NCBI GenBank assembly: GCA_027062285.1
Contig: JAMOTL010000111.1
Location: 167-64,166, forward strand
DNA: 64,000 nt
Direction: 5' to 3'
DNA from: Nautiliaceae bacterium
Lineage (GTDB): Bacteria > Campylobacterota > Campylobacteria > Campylobacterales > Nautiliaceae
Position numbers and translations under genes: made by a program. Positions 46,083 through 56,755 of the stretch are shown piece by piece. Positions within the stretch are counted from its first letter, which is position 1. The number at the start of each line of letters is the position of its first letter. Under the pieces are notes generated by a model. It did no database searches, was not told the DNA's origin, and was given only the letters and a program-made list of their open reading frames with translations.

Positions 46083-47483
46083 TTGAATCTTTATAATTTA
46101 GATATAGAAAGAGGAATACTCAGTGCTATTTTGTTTGATGGAAAAGTGTATGAAGATGTAGCGGCTATTTTAAAACCGAGTGATTTTTATCTACCTTTTC
46201 ATCAGTATGTATTTGAAACGATGGAGGAGCTTTATAAAAAAGACCTTCCGATTGATGAGATTTTTTTAAGAGACGAACTTAAAAAAAAGGGAAAATACGA
46301 CGAAGAGCTGTTTTTAGAAATTTTAGGAACGGCACCTGTAGAAGCGGTAGAAGCGTATGCCAGGGAAATTAAAGATTTGGCTACAAAAAGAGAGCTTATT
46401 CATCTATCAAATGAAATTAAAAAAATAGTTTTAGAAGAAGATAAAAGAGCTATTGAGGAAGTTGAAGAAATTCAAAGCAAACTATTTTCTATTGCTACTT
46501 CTAATTTATCGGGAGATTTTAAAAATTCAAGCATTATTATCAGTGATACTTTAGAATTTATTAAAAAACAGGCTGCTAAAAAGAATAAAATCGTTACAGG
46601 TCTTGATACGGGATTTGTAGAACTTAACAGAATGACAAGCGGCTTTGGAGAAGGGGATTTGATAATTATCGCAGCCAGACCTTCAATGGGGAAAACTGCT
46701 TTTGCTTTAAATATTGCCCTAAACGTATTAAAACAGGATAAAGGGGTGGCGGTTTTTTCTTTGGAAATGCCCGCAGAACAGCTGATGCTAAGAATGATGA
46801 GTGCGGCCGGTAAAATTCCTTTACAGGATATCAGAAGAGGTAATTTAAATGATGAAGAGTGGAGTAAACTCTCCGCCGTGGCTGATGAGCTCTCAAGCAA
46901 ACCTCTTTTTGTTGATGATGAAGGAAATATTAACATTCATACGATTAGAGCGAAACTTAGAAAATTAAAAGCTCAAAATCCGGAGCTTTCTTTGGCTATT
47001 ATCGATTATTTACAGCTGATTTCATCTGACCAAAGAGAAAGACATCTTGCTATTGCTGAAATTAGTAGGAGTCTTAAGCTTTTAGCCCGTGAACTTCAAA
47101 TACCTATTATCGCTCTGTCTCAGCTAAACAGAGCGCTTGAGAGCAGACCGAATAAAAGACCGATGCTCAGTGACCTTAGAGAATCAGGAGCTATTGAGCA
47201 AGATGCCGATATTATTATGTTTATTTATAGAGACGACGTATATAAAGCAATGGAGGCAAAACAAAAACAAAAAGAGGCTCTTGAAAAAGGTAAAGCTGTT
47301 GAAATAGATTTCCAAGAAAAAGAAGTAGAAGATGCTGAAATTATTATAGGAAAACAAAGAAACGGTCCTACAGGTACTGTGGATATGCTCTTCCATAAAA
47401 AATATACACTATTTACCGATAAAGTAAGCGAAGTAAATGAAATAGCCCCTACAGAAGCCACTATTGAAATGCCTACGATTTGA
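46083..47483 (+). CDS. dnaB: Replicative DNA helicase DnaB, TTG start
   Basis: The N-terminus is DIERGILSAILFD. Walker A is ARPSMGKTAF. It also has IIDYLQL and GKQRNGPTG. Confidence 0.95.
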   Translation: MNLYNLDIERGILSAILFDGKVYEDVAAILKPSDFYLPFHQYVFETMEELYKKDLPIDEIFLRDELKKKGKYDEELFLEILGTAPVEAVEAYAREIKDLATKRELIHLSNEIKKIVLEEDKRAIEEVEEIQSKLFSIATSNLSGDFKNSSIIISDTLEFIKKQAAKKNKIVTGLDTGFVELNRMTSGFGEGDLIIIAARPSMGKTAFALNIALNVLKQDKGVAVFSLEMPAEQLMLRMMSAAGKIPLQDIRRGNLNDEEWSKLSAVADELSSKPLFVDDEGNINIHTIRAKLRKLKAQNPELSLAIIDYLQLISSDQRERHLAIAEISRSLKLLARELQIPIIALSQLNRALESRPNKRPMLSDLRESGAIEQDADIIMFIYRDDVYKAMEAKQKQKEALEKGKAVEIDFQEKEVEDAEIIIGKQRNGPTGTVDMLFHKKYTLFTDKVSEVNEIAPTEATIEMPTI

Positions 47484-48664
47484 GGGTTGTAGTAGTTTTT
47501 TGGATTTTACTTTTAATAGTTTTTAGACTTCAGTTCTCTTTTTTGGGCTTTTTAGATTTTAAATATAAACCTTCTCAGACACTTGATGTGAAAGTGGTGA
47601 ATCAATATAAAAAGAAAAATTATTTTGTTTTAAAAATAAAAAATGAAACATTAACTTTTTATACCACCTCAAAAGAAAACTTAAAAAATCTCCTAAATGA
47701 AAACATTTCTTTAACGATTCTAACAAAAAACGTCGGTTTTTGGGGATATCTGACTACATTTTATGCCTTTTCTTATAATATGAAATTAAAGCCGATAAGT
47801 TTTTTAGAAGAAAAAATAGAAAAACAGCACCAAAGTATCAAAATATCTAATCTGTTTAAAGCGCTTTTTCTTGGCTCTTCCATTGATTTTGATACAAGAA
47901 AACAGTTGGCTGCTCTTGGGGTTTCACATCTTTTTGCGCTTAGTGGGTTACATTTGGGGTTTATCAGTTTTATTTTATTTATGATTATTTCCCCGGTTTA
48001 TCGATTTTTTCATAAAAAATTTCCTTACAGGAATAAACTTGTAGATATAGGAATAGTGGTTTTGATTATGGAATTTTTATATTTAAAATTTACTTCTTTT
48101 CCTCCTTCGTTAATCAGGGCGTATGTATTGGAAGTGGTTGTATTTTTTTTCTTTTTTACTTTGCGAGATATTTTAAATATAAAAATTTTGATTTATACTT
48201 TTTTTATAGCGTTTTTTGTATTTTTTACAAAAATTTTTAGTATTGGATTTTTGCTGAGTATGGTTGGAGTTTATTATATCTATCTTTTTTTTAATTATTA
48301 TAAGGCAAATTTATATACTTCTTTTTTACTGAGTTTTTATATGTTTTTAGTTATGTTTATTTGGGGGCACTGTTTTTTTGGATATATGAATAATTATCAG
48401 CTTTTGTCTCCTATTATAAATATTTTGTTTTCTGTTTTTTATCCTTTGGAAGTTGTGTTACATTTCTTGGGGTTAGGCGGTATTTTTGATGGAATAATTT
48501 TAAAATATCTCAGTTTTGGAGGGAAATATTATTATGTTAATATTTCACTTTGGTTTTTGATTTTTTTTATATTGCTTTCGTTTATAGCAATAAAGAAAAA
48601 ATGGGCTTTTTATGGTATAAATTTATTAGCGTTTATAATATTGATTTCAAGTGTAAAAATTTAG
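47480..48664 (+). CDS. comEC: ComEC/Rec2 family competence channel (no metallo-beta-lactamase domain)
   Basis: The polytopic protein has LAALGVSHLFALSGLHLGF, a ComEC signature segment. Length is 394 aa. Confidence 0.8.
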   Translation: MRVVVVFWILLLIVFRLQFSFLGFLDFKYKPSQTLDVKVVNQYKKKNYFVLKIKNETLTFYTTSKENLKNLLNENISLTILTKNVGFWGYLTTFYAFSYNMKLKPISFLEEKIEKQHQSIKISNLFKALFLGSSIDFDTRKQLAALGVSHLFALSGLHLGFISFILFMIISPVYRFFHKKFPYRNKLVDIGIVVLIMEFLYLKFTSFPPSLIRAYVLEVVVFFFFFTLRDILNIKILIYTFFIAFFVFFTKIFSIGFLLSMVGVYYIYLFFNYYKANLYTSFLLSFYMFLVMFIWGHCFFGYMNNYQLLSPIINILFSVFYPLEVVLHFLGLGGIFDGIILKYLSFGGKYYYVNISLWFLIFFILLSFIAIKKKWAFYGINLLAFIILISSVKI

Positions 48665-48672
48665 GAGGGGTA

Positions 48673-50604
48673 ATGATTAAATATAAATTTAAAGACGAAA
48701 ACGAATATTATGAATATTTTGCCGAGCTTATCGAAAAAGAAAGAAAAGCGGAAATGGAGTTTCATCTTGAAGAGATTAAACGTTTAAGCGGAGTTGAAAG
48801 ACAAAAAAGAGGAAGAGCCGTTTTAGGGCTCAGGATGAGATTTGTAGGTGAATTTTTAGATTTTAAAATTTATAGATTCAATAGAAACAATATGCCCGAA
48901 CACCAGATAAAAGTAGGAGATATCGTATTAGTTAGTAAAGGCGAACCTCTAAAATTCGCCCAAGAAGCAACAGTCAGTGCCGTTGGTAAAAACTTTATAG
49001 AAGTTTATTCAAAAGAGCCGATTTTCAGAAGCAAACTATATAGGCTTGATTTATATGTAAATGATATTACTTTTAAAAGAATGCTAAAAGCGCTAGAGGG
49101 TGTAAAAAATAAAGAAAGCAGATTTAGTAATGAAATTTTGCTTGGTCATAAAAAACCTCAGATAGAAGAGGCGGACGTTTTTAGTGAAAATTTAAACGAA
49201 TCGCAAAATAAGGCTCTTAAATTCAGTATAAATTCAGAGACATTTCTAATCCACGGCCCTCCGGGTACCGGTAAAACCACCACGCTTGCTGAAGTTATAA
49301 AAAAACATATCGAACTTAAGAAAAAAATACTGGTGAGTGCCGATAGTAATGTGGCAGTAGATAATATAATGGAAAAACTAAAAGATTATAACATTGTAAG
49401 AATAGGACATCCGGCAAAAATAGAAAGTTCACTTATGAAATACTCTTTGGATGTAAAAATAAGACGTGATAAAAGATATAAAGAGGTAGAAAAAATTATA
49501 AAAAAAATAGATGATTTAAAGTATTTACAGGAAAAAAGAACAAAAAAACCGACTCCCGCCAGAAGAAGGGGTATGAGCGATGAGGAGATTTTAAAACTTG
49601 CAAAAGAAGGAAAAGGCAAAAGAGGCGTAAAAGCAGAATGGGTTAGAGAAATGGCAGAATGGATAAAAATCCAGCAAAAAATAAATAAACTATACGATGA
49701 AAGAAATAAAATAACTGAAGAAATAATGGAAGATATTTTAAATAACGCCGATGCCGTGTTTGCTACGAATTCAGGAGCCGGGAGTGAATTTTTGGAAGGA
49801 AAGGAATTTGACGTAGTGTTTTTGGATGAAGCGGCGCAGGCTATGGAGCCAAGCACCCTCATTCCTTTAATTAAAGCGCCTCAGGCTATATTTGCTGGAG
49901 ACCATAAACAACTTCCTCCGACTATTTTAAGTAATGACGAAAGACTTAGAATCAGTATGTTTGAGAGATTTTCACATCTTTATTCGGATGCTTTACATAC
50001 TCTTGAAATCCAGTACAGAATGAACGAAAAAATAAATAATTTTCCAAGCTGTGAGTTTTATGAATGTAAGGTAAAAACATATGAAAAGATTAAAAATATA
50101 ACAATAAAAGATTTGGGAATAAAAGACGATGAATTTTATGGAGGGTTTGAGCCGTATGTATTTTTTGATACGCAAGGGAAATTTCTTGAAGCGGTAAAAA
50201 AAGGCTCACCTTCAAAATATAATCCAAAAGAAGCTGAATTTGTAAAAGAACTGGTGGATAGATTTATTTTAAACGGAGCAAAAGAAGAACATATCGGGGT
50301 TATTACACCTTACAAAGACCATGAAGAGTATATGAAAAAAATAATAGAACATAATATTGAAATAAAATCGGTTGACGGATTTCAAGGACGTGAAAAAGAG
50401 ATAATAATCGTAAGTTTAGTAAGGGCAAACGATAAAGAAGAAATCGGATTTTTAAGTGATATCAGAAGATTAAACGTAGCAATAACAAGACCTAAAAGAA
50501 AACTGTTGATAATAGGGGATGCTAAGACGCTTTCAAGTAACAAAACTTATGCCGATTTGATACAATATGTTAAAAAGAACGGAATTTATAAAGAGGCGGT
50601 ATGA
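48673..50604 (+). CDS. Superfamily 1 helicase of the Upf1/IGHMBP2/Dna2-like (AAA_11/AAA_12) type
   Basis: It has Walker A GPPGTGKTTT, FLDEAAQA, GDHKQLPPT, VDGFQGREKE and RRLNVAITRPK. I prefer the ATG at 48673 (GGAGGGG RBS); the track start at 48550 lies inside comEC. Confidence 0.85.
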   Translation: MIKYKFKDENEYYEYFAELIEKERKAEMEFHLEEIKRLSGVERQKRGRAVLGLRMRFVGEFLDFKIYRFNRNNMPEHQIKVGDIVLVSKGEPLKFAQEATVSAVGKNFIEVYSKEPIFRSKLYRLDLYVNDITFKRMLKALEGVKNKESRFSNEILLGHKKPQIEEADVFSENLNESQNKALKFSINSETFLIHGPPGTGKTTTLAEVIKKHIELKKKILVSADSNVAVDNIMEKLKDYNIVRIGHPAKIESSLMKYSLDVKIRRDKRYKEVEKIIKKIDDLKYLQEKRTKKPTPARRRGMSDEEILKLAKEGKGKRGVKAEWVREMAEWIKIQQKINKLYDERNKITEEIMEDILNNADAVFATNSGAGSEFLEGKEFDVVFLDEAAQAMEPSTLIPLIKAPQAIFAGDHKQLPPTILSNDERLRISMFERFSHLYSDALHTLEIQYRMNEKINNFPSCEFYECKVKTYEKIKNITIKDLGIKDDEFYGGFEPYVFFDTQGKFLEAVKKGSPSKYNPKEAEFVKELVDRFILNGAKEEHIGVITPYKDHEEYMKKIIEHNIEIKSVDGFQGREKEIIIVSLVRANDKEEIGFLSDIRRLNVAITRPKRKLLIIGDAKTLSSNKTYADLIQYVKKNGIYKEAV

Positions 50605-51740
50605 AAATAGAAATAACAAAACAAGGGTATGAGAAACTTAAAAAAAGAGCTCCCTGGCTTTATCAAAACGAACTGAAAATTATTCCTAAATGCGACCCCG
50701 GAACTATTGCCGATTTGATATATAAGGGAGAATATGTAGCCACCGCGTTTATTAACCCTATCAGTAAAATTACGGCTAGGATCGTGAGTTTTGAAAAAAC
50801 TAATATCGATAAAGAATTTTTTAAAAACAGAATTGAAAAAGCTGTAAAAAAAAGAGAAAAACTTTGGAATATCACAAATTCTATGCGACTTATCCATTCT
50901 GAAGCCGATTTTCTTCCAGGCCTTATAGTCGATATGTATCAAAATAATATTATAGTAAGTTTTACTACTGCCGGAATGGATAATTTTAAGGGTATTATTA
51001 TCGAATTGTTAATAGAACTTTTAAATCCTAAAGGCATATATGAAAAAGGTGACAAAATCCGTCAAAAAGAGGGTCTTGAAATAGCATCGCAGACTCTTTA
51101 CGGAGAAGTCGATGATGAGTTTATTATTTTAGAAAACAATAAAAAGTTTTATACTCGTTTAAAAGAAGGGCAAAAAACGGGATTTTTTCTTGACCAGAGA
51201 AAAAACAGAAAAATTGTAGGAGAATACGGAAATAAAAGAACGCTTGATTTATTCGCAAACGCCGGCGGTTTTGGGATTTACGCCAGAGCTGAGTTTACAA
51301 AGTTTGTAGAAATTTCGGCACTTGCCTGTTCTTTGATAGAAAAAAACTGTGAGCTTAACGGTATTGAAAATTATGAAATAGTAAAATCTGATGTTTTTAA
51401 ATTTTTAGAAAAAGAAAAAAATACTTATGATTTAATAATAATCGATCCTCCGGCTTTTGCCAAAAATAAAAGCGCCAGAAAAGGTGCCATTAAGGGATGG
51501 AAATATTTGATAGTAAATTCTTTAAAAATCTTAGAAGAAGGGGGATATTTAGCGCTTTTTAGCTGTTCGCATTCCATTACTTCAAAAGACCTTTTGGATT
51601 TAGCTCTTAGCAGCAGTATTATTGACAATTCATATCTGGAAGTAATAGAATTTATGAAGCAAGATATTGACCATCCGTATTTGTTAAACATACCGAATTC
51701 CTTATATCTTACCGGAGTTTTATTAAGGAAGGAAAAATGA
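50601..51740 (+). CDS. Class I SAM-dependent rRNA methyltransferase with N-terminal PUA-like domain (RlmI-like)
   Basis: It has the motifs DLFANAGGFG and IIDPPAFAK. Length is 379 aa. Confidence 0.75.
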   Translation: MKIEITKQGYEKLKKRAPWLYQNELKIIPKCDPGTIADLIYKGEYVATAFINPISKITARIVSFEKTNIDKEFFKNRIEKAVKKREKLWNITNSMRLIHSEADFLPGLIVDMYQNNIIVSFTTAGMDNFKGIIIELLIELLNPKGIYEKGDKIRQKEGLEIASQTLYGEVDDEFIILENNKKFYTRLKEGQKTGFFLDQRKNRKIVGEYGNKRTLDLFANAGGFGIYARAEFTKFVEISALACSLIEKNCELNGIENYEIVKSDVFKFLEKEKNTYDLIIIDPPAFAKNKSARKGAIKGWKYLIVNSLKILEEGGYLALFSCSHSITSKDLLDLALSSSIIDNSYLEVIEFMKQDIDHPYLLNIPNSLYLTGVLLRKEK

Positions 51741-52219
51741 AAATCTTATTTATAAGACATTCGCTTGCTATGGAAAGAAATGAATTTCTAGGACATGATT
51801 TTGATCGACCTTTGACCCGTAGGGGAGTTAAAAGGGCATTCAGATTTTTTAATGTTATTAAGATTATTTATCCGAAAATAGACTACATAATTACATCTCA
51901 GGCTCTGCGTGCCAAACAGACTGCTGAAGTTCTTAAAAAATTTTATAAAAATGCCAACTACGAAGAGAGTTCACTTTTACTGCCGGGAAGCGGTATAAAC
52001 GAATTAAAAAAAATTCTGGACGGCAAAAGTGGTGTTGTGGCAATCGTAGGACATGAACCTGATTTAAGCAATATGATAAAAGAGATTATGCATGCTCCAA
52101 ATCTAAAATTAAAACTTTCAAAACCGTCTCTTGCCGAAGTGGAAGAAGGAGTTTTAAAAGGATTATTTCAGTATAAACAGATAAAGGCCGTTTATGAAAA
52201 CACTTTTAAAAATCATTGA
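51737..52219 (+). CDS. sixA: Phosphohistidine phosphatase SixA-like (histidine phosphatase superfamily)
   Basis: It has ILFIRHS and VGHEPDLS motifs. Length is 160 aa. Confidence 0.7.
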   Translation: MKILFIRHSLAMERNEFLGHDFDRPLTRRGVKRAFRFFNVIKIIYPKIDYIITSQALRAKQTAEVLKKFYKNANYEESSLLLPGSGINELKKILDGKSGVVAIVGHEPDLSNMIKEIMHAPNLKLKLSKPSLAEVEEGVLKGLFQYKQIKAVYENTFKNH

Positions 52220-52724
52220 TAAGATAGCAAAAAAACAAGGTAGTGATATTTTTGAGGTTTTTGCGGTGTATTTAGCGAATCTGACAAGCTGGTATGACAA
52301 TTTTGAAAAAATAACTTCAACTATTTTTGATTTAAATGAACTTAATGAAAAAGAGATTGAGGCGCTTAAAAATTTTTTTGAGATGTTAAAAAATGAAGAT
52401 TTACATGAAGATTTTGTAGAAGATATGAGTAAATTTATAGAAGATGAAAAAGAAGTTGCGAAAAAACTTGCTATGTATTTTGTAACTTTTTTGCCCCCGG
52501 ATGCTTTGGAATCACAAGACGCTGAGAAAATCAGAGAATCCCTGAAACATTATCCGCAAGAGATATCCGAAATAATCATTAAAGCGCTTGAGAGTTTAAG
52601 CATTGTTGAAATTGATGAAATAGATAAGAAATATAAAAGAGAAATATTAAAAAACGTAATTAAAATGATAGTGATTTTATATCAGGTTATGAAAATATTA
52701 GGAGAAAAAAATGAATCTTTCTGA
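52194..52724 (+). CDS. Hypothetical acidic helical protein
   Basis: The 176-aa ORF is tightly packed between sixA and ubiD. I recognise no motif. Confidence 0.5.
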   Translation: MKTLLKIIDKIAKKQGSDIFEVFAVYLANLTSWYDNFEKITSTIFDLNELNEKEIEALKNFFEMLKNEDLHEDFVEDMSKFIEDEKEVAKKLAMYFVTFLPPDALESQDAEKIRESLKHYPQEISEIIIKALESLSIVEIDEIDKKYKREILKNVIKMIVILYQVMKILGEKNESF

Positions 52725-54501
52725 TTTACAAAAATATATAAAAATAATAGATACTCCGCTTGATGTAAATCTTGAAATTCCACATCTCGCATATATAGAA
52801 GCAAAAAAGAAAAATCCAAAAATTTTAATGTTTACAAACCCGGTTGAAGGCGAAAAAAAGTTTGATATGCCGGTTGTTATGAATATTTTTGCAAATGATG
52901 AAGTGGTAAGGGAAATTTTTGGAAAAGATTTAGAAGAAATTGCCTTAGAGATTGAAAATCTTATAAAAATGAAGCCTCCTAAGACTCTTAGTGAAAAATT
53001 AAAAGCTTTCGGAAAACTTTTTGCCATTAAAAATACAATACCAAAAAGCGTAACATCAGGAGATTGTCAATATCATATTTATGAAGGCGAAGCTGCAAAA
53101 CTCAGCCGACTGCCGATTCTTAAAACCTGGGAACTTGACGGCGGCAAATTTATTACAATGGGACAGGTTTATACTAAAAGCCTTGACGGCTCGATTAGGA
53201 ATGTGGGAATGTATCGTCTTCAGGTATATGACGATAAAAGGCTCGGACTTCACTGGCAAATACATAAAGACAGCGCTCATCTTTTTTGGGAATATAAAAA
53301 AGCAGGGCTAAAAATGCCAGTAGCCGTTGCTATAGGCGGAGACCCTCTGTGGACCTGGTGTGCGACTGCGCCGATGCCTCCAGGGATATTTGAAGTAATG
53401 TTATACGGATTTATAAGAGGAAAAAATCCTCGTCTTGTGAAATGCGTTTCAAACGACCTTGAAGTGCCGGCGGATGCGGATATAGTAATTGAAGGGTGGT
53501 GTGATCCTGAAGAGATGGAAATAGAAGGAATGTTTGGTGACCATACGGGATATTATACGCTTAAAAAGCCTTTTCCGGTTATGCATGTTGATACCATTAC
53601 TACAAAAAAAGACCCTGTTTATTACGCTACGGTTGTAGGAAAACCGCCTTTGGAAGATAAATATATGGGATATGCTACTGAGAGAATTTTTCTGCCGCTT
53701 CTTAAAACTACATCTCCTGATTTAATTGATTATGCAATGCCTGAAAATGGTGTGTTTCATAATCTGATTTTATGTAAAATCGCTCCGAGGTATCCGGGAC
53801 ACAGTTTGCAAATAATGCACAGTCTCTGGGGAGTCGGGCAGATGAGTTTTGTAAAACATGCAATATTTGTAAATGAAGACGCCCCAAAGCTTAGGGATTA
53901 TGAAAAAATTACCGAATATATTTTAAATCATTTCAATCCACGAAATATATTAATCTCAAAAGGTATTGTCGATGAGCTTGACCATTCAAGTATTGAAGAG
54001 CTTGTAGGCGGTAAGCTTGGCATTGATGCTACTTCAGAAAGTGATAGTAAAAAAATTGAGCTGTTAAGTGATGAAGAACTGTCTGAAAAATTAAAAGAGC
54101 TTGATGAAAGTATAGAAGAGATTAAACAGTATATGACCCATACCAAAAATCCTATATGTGTGATTAAATATAATAAAACTAAAAAAGCAAAAGAGGTTTT
54201 TGAGAGAATAAAAATACTTAAAAATCATTTAAGAATTGTTGTTTTTATTAACACGCCGGAAACTTTTAATCCTTATATGCTTATGTGGAGGGTTACAAAC
54301 AATATTGATGCTCTAAGAGATGTCTGGATTGAAGATATCATCGGTATTGACGGGACTAATAAAGATAAAAACATTGATGATTTTGACAGAGAATGGCCGC
54401 CTGATGTCGATACTACGAAAGAAATAATTGAAAAATTGAAAAATCTGGGATTGATTGAAGGGATAAGCGAAGAGGAACTGAAAAAATATCAGATTATATA
54501 A
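52711..54501 (+). CDS. ubiD: UbiD family decarboxylase (long form)
   Basis: It has NVGMYRLQVYDDKRLGLHWQIHKD and GGDP, plus an extended C-terminus of the kind I recall in Campylobacter ubiD homologues. Confidence 0.85.
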   Translation: MNLSDLQKYIKIIDTPLDVNLEIPHLAYIEAKKKNPKILMFTNPVEGEKKFDMPVVMNIFANDEVVREIFGKDLEEIALEIENLIKMKPPKTLSEKLKAFGKLFAIKNTIPKSVTSGDCQYHIYEGEAAKLSRLPILKTWELDGGKFITMGQVYTKSLDGSIRNVGMYRLQVYDDKRLGLHWQIHKDSAHLFWEYKKAGLKMPVAVAIGGDPLWTWCATAPMPPGIFEVMLYGFIRGKNPRLVKCVSNDLEVPADADIVIEGWCDPEEMEIEGMFGDHTGYYTLKKPFPVMHVDTITTKKDPVYYATVVGKPPLEDKYMGYATERIFLPLLKTTSPDLIDYAMPENGVFHNLILCKIAPRYPGHSLQIMHSLWGVGQMSFVKHAIFVNEDAPKLRDYEKITEYILNHFNPRNILISKGIVDELDHSSIEELVGGKLGIDATSESDSKKIELLSDEELSEKLKELDESIEEIKQYMTHTKNPICVIKYNKTKKAKEVFERIKILKNHLRIVVFINTPETFNPYMLMWRVTNNIDALRDVWIEDIIGIDGTNKDKNIDDFDREWPPDVDTTKEIIEKLKNLGLIEGISEEELKKYQII

Positions 54502-54793
54502 TAATGGATTTTACGTATTCTTCAAGCTCTTTTAACTCCGTTTTTTTGTCGCTTTCAAAAATAACTTCTATTGTTGCGTTGTTTGCCGTATAAATTAAAA
54601 TTGTAAATTCAGGTTTTATGGGATTGTCATAATTTTTTGATACGGTAAAAAATAATACGGCGTCTTTTTTTATTTTCATTTCCTGGATTTCTTTGTCGTT
54701 TATTTTAACTATCGAATTTATTTCCCCTTCGAATCTTTTTAAAATAACGGCGTTTGCCGGAACGTCAAGTTCAATCATATCAACAAAACTCAT
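54494..54793 (-). CDS. Hypothetical protein (99 aa)
   Basis: This is a clean ORF convergent with ubiD (8-nt overlap). I recognise no motif. Confidence 0.45.
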   Translation of the reverse strand: MSFVDMIELDVPANAVILKRFEGEINSIVKINDKEIQEMKIKKDAVLFFTVSKNYDNPIKPEFTILIYTANNATIEVIFESDKKTELKELEEYVKSIII

Positions 54794-54993
54794 ATCAAAT
54801 CCTTTTTTTCAAATTATATAATAAATCGCAAAATATAAAGAAAATTTATTATTTATCTAAAAATACATTCAAAATTTAGGTTCCTTTTATGTTTTGTTGA
54901 TATAATAAAAAAATAATTTTTATTTTCTGCCAGGTCTCTTGATAAATTAACTATCCTGTGTTATCGCATTTATAAAAAACTAATTAAAGGAGT

Positions 54994-56262
54994 TTGATGA
55001 ATTATAAAGCATATAATATTAAAACTTTTAAAGAATTGAACGAAAAGGAAAAATTTTTACCTGATAACGAAATGAAAGAGATTGAAATAGCGTCTTTGGT
55101 TTTTCCTTTTAAAGTAAATAGTTACGTACTTAGTTTAATTGATTGGAAAAATTTTAAACACGATCCTATTTTTAGATTGGTTTTTCCTCAAAAAGAAATG
55201 CTAAAACCTGAACATTACGAAAAACTCATTAAAAATTTAGATAAAAAAGAAGCGTTACAAAAAGCTGTTTATGAAATAAGAATGAGCTTAAATCCTCATC
55301 CTGCGGGACAAAAAGAAAATATTCCTGAAATTAACGGAAAAAAACTCGAAGGCAGTCAGCATAAATATAAAGAGACGATTTTATTTTTCCCAAAACAGGG
55401 GCAAACTTGTCATGCGTATTGTAGTTTTTGTTTCAGATGGCCTCAGTTTACCGGTATTAATGAACTTAAGTTTGCCAGTCGAGAGGTGGAGGTTTTAATT
55501 GAATACATAAAAGCAAATCCTACAATTACAGACATTTTATTTACAGGCGGTGATCCTTTAGTTATGAGTTCGAAACTTCTAAGAGCGTATATTGAACCGA
55601 TTTTAAAAGCGAAAATACCTCATCTTAGAAATATTCGTTTTGGAAGTAAAGTTTTAGGATTTTGGCCGTATAGGTTCGTAAGTGATGCTGATAGCGAAGA
55701 TTTATTGAATTTATTTAAAGAAATAATAGACAGCGGCTATAATTTGGCATTTATGGCGCATTTTAATCATTATAAAGAGCTTGAAAGTGAAGTTTTAGAA
55801 AAAGCCGTAGAAAATATTAGAAAGACAGGAGCTATAATTAGAACTCAGGCTCCGGTATTAAGACATATTAATGCCAGTAGCGAGGTATGGGAAAATATGT
55901 GGAAAAGACAGGTGGCTTTAGGAATGATTCCGTATTATATGTTTATACCTCGTGATACCGGGGCTAAACATTATTTTGAAATTCCATTATACGAAGCATG
56001 GAAAATTTATAAAAATGCCATAAGAAATGTCAGCGGACTTGCTAGAACGGTTAGAGGCCCTAGTATGAGTGCGACTCCCGGCAAAGTGGCAGTAACAGGG
56101 GTTAGTGAAATAAACGGAGAAAAAGTGTTCGTATTAAATATGCTTCAAGCTAAAAATGATGAATATGTAGATATTCCATTTTTTGCCAAGTTTGACGAAA
56201 AGGCGACTTGGCTTGACGAACTAAAGCCAGCTTTTGCTGAAAAATTTATATTTGAGCGTTAA
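54994..56262 (+). CDS. KamA family radical SAM protein (lysine 2,3-aminomutase-like)
   Basis: It has the CHAYCSFCFR CxxxCxxC cluster, and LFTGGDPLVM follows. Length is 422 aa. Confidence 0.8.
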   Translation: MMNYKAYNIKTFKELNEKEKFLPDNEMKEIEIASLVFPFKVNSYVLSLIDWKNFKHDPIFRLVFPQKEMLKPEHYEKLIKNLDKKEALQKAVYEIRMSLNPHPAGQKENIPEINGKKLEGSQHKYKETILFFPKQGQTCHAYCSFCFRWPQFTGINELKFASREVEVLIEYIKANPTITDILFTGGDPLVMSSKLLRAYIEPILKAKIPHLRNIRFGSKVLGFWPYRFVSDADSEDLLNLFKEIIDSGYNLAFMAHFNHYKELESEVLEKAVENIRKTGAIIRTQAPVLRHINASSEVWENMWKRQVALGMIPYYMFIPRDTGAKHYFEIPLYEAWKIYKNAIRNVSGLARTVRGPSMSATPGKVAVTGVSEINGEKVFVLNMLQAKNDEYVDIPFFAKFDEKATWLDELKPAFAEKFIFER

Positions 56263-56629
56263 TCATATTAAAAAAGCCGCCTGTTACAGTATCCATTGTT
56301 GCTATATGATTGTCCAGCCATGGAAGGAAATGCTCTTGAAAATATTTTTTAAGCAGATCATAATTACTCAGCTCTTTTTTGAGCTCTTCAAGCTCATTTA
56401 TAATTCTTGTATGTTCCATTTTATGTGGTATTTTGGCAAAAAAATCATATTTATCCATCAATTTTTCTTCAAATGCGAAATGATTTTTAACGTCATTTAG
56501 AAATTCTTCATAAATCTCTTCCAATGATTCTTTTTTTTCTATTTTTTCAATTAATTTTTCTAAAATTTTAGTTTCGTTTTCATGAATTTCATTCATAGGT
56601 TCAAACGCAACTTTTTTTATTTCTATCAT
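56246..56629 (-). CDS. Hemerythrin-like metal-binding protein
   Basis: It has the His/Glu ligand pattern MNEIHENE ... HFAFEEKLM ... HKMEH ... WLDNHIATMD. I prefer the ATG at 56629 because the predicted -10 at 56657-56662 lies downstream of the longer track start at 56671. Confidence 0.8.
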   Translation of the reverse strand: MIEIKKVAFEPMNEIHENETKILEKLIEKIEKKESLEEIYEEFLNDVKNHFAFEEKLMDKYDFFAKIPHKMEHTRIINELEELKKELSNYDLLKKYFQEHFLPWLDNHIATMDTVTGGFFNMINAQI

Positions 56630-56656
56630 TTTATTCCTTTTTACTAAGTTTATTCG

Positions 56657-56698
56657 ATTATAACTAAACATATGATAAAATTAATTGACTCAAATCAA
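56657..56698 (-). promoter_or_regulatory. FNR/CRP-type box TTGATTTGAGTCAA (56685-56698) with TATAAT (56657-56662) exactly 22 nt downstream on the minus strand; a class II-type promoter for the hemerythrin gene
   Basis: Read directly from the sequence. The palindromic half-sites are TTGAT/GTCAA with a 4-nt spacer. The distance from box centre to the -10 matches a -41.5 geometry. Confidence 0.45.
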
Positions 56699-56755
56699 AA
56701 TATTAATTTTTTTTTGTTAAAATAGGATAAAAATTATTTGAAATAAGAGGTCGGT

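Noticed and set aside
48550-48672. N-terminal extension of the helicase ORF as given in the track (start at 48550).
   Set aside because: The extension lies inside the comEC coding region in another frame and is hydrophobic nonsense. The ATG at 48673 has a GGAGGGG RBS and follows the comEC stop.
54898-54906. TGATATAAT extended -10-like element 88 nt upstream of the KamA-like gene, with the possibility of a riboswitch in the resulting long 5' UTR.
   Set aside because: The UTR is too short and shows no conserved riboswitch core that I recognise (for example, no lysine-riboswitch features). Such AT-rich hexamers occur frequently by chance in this genome.
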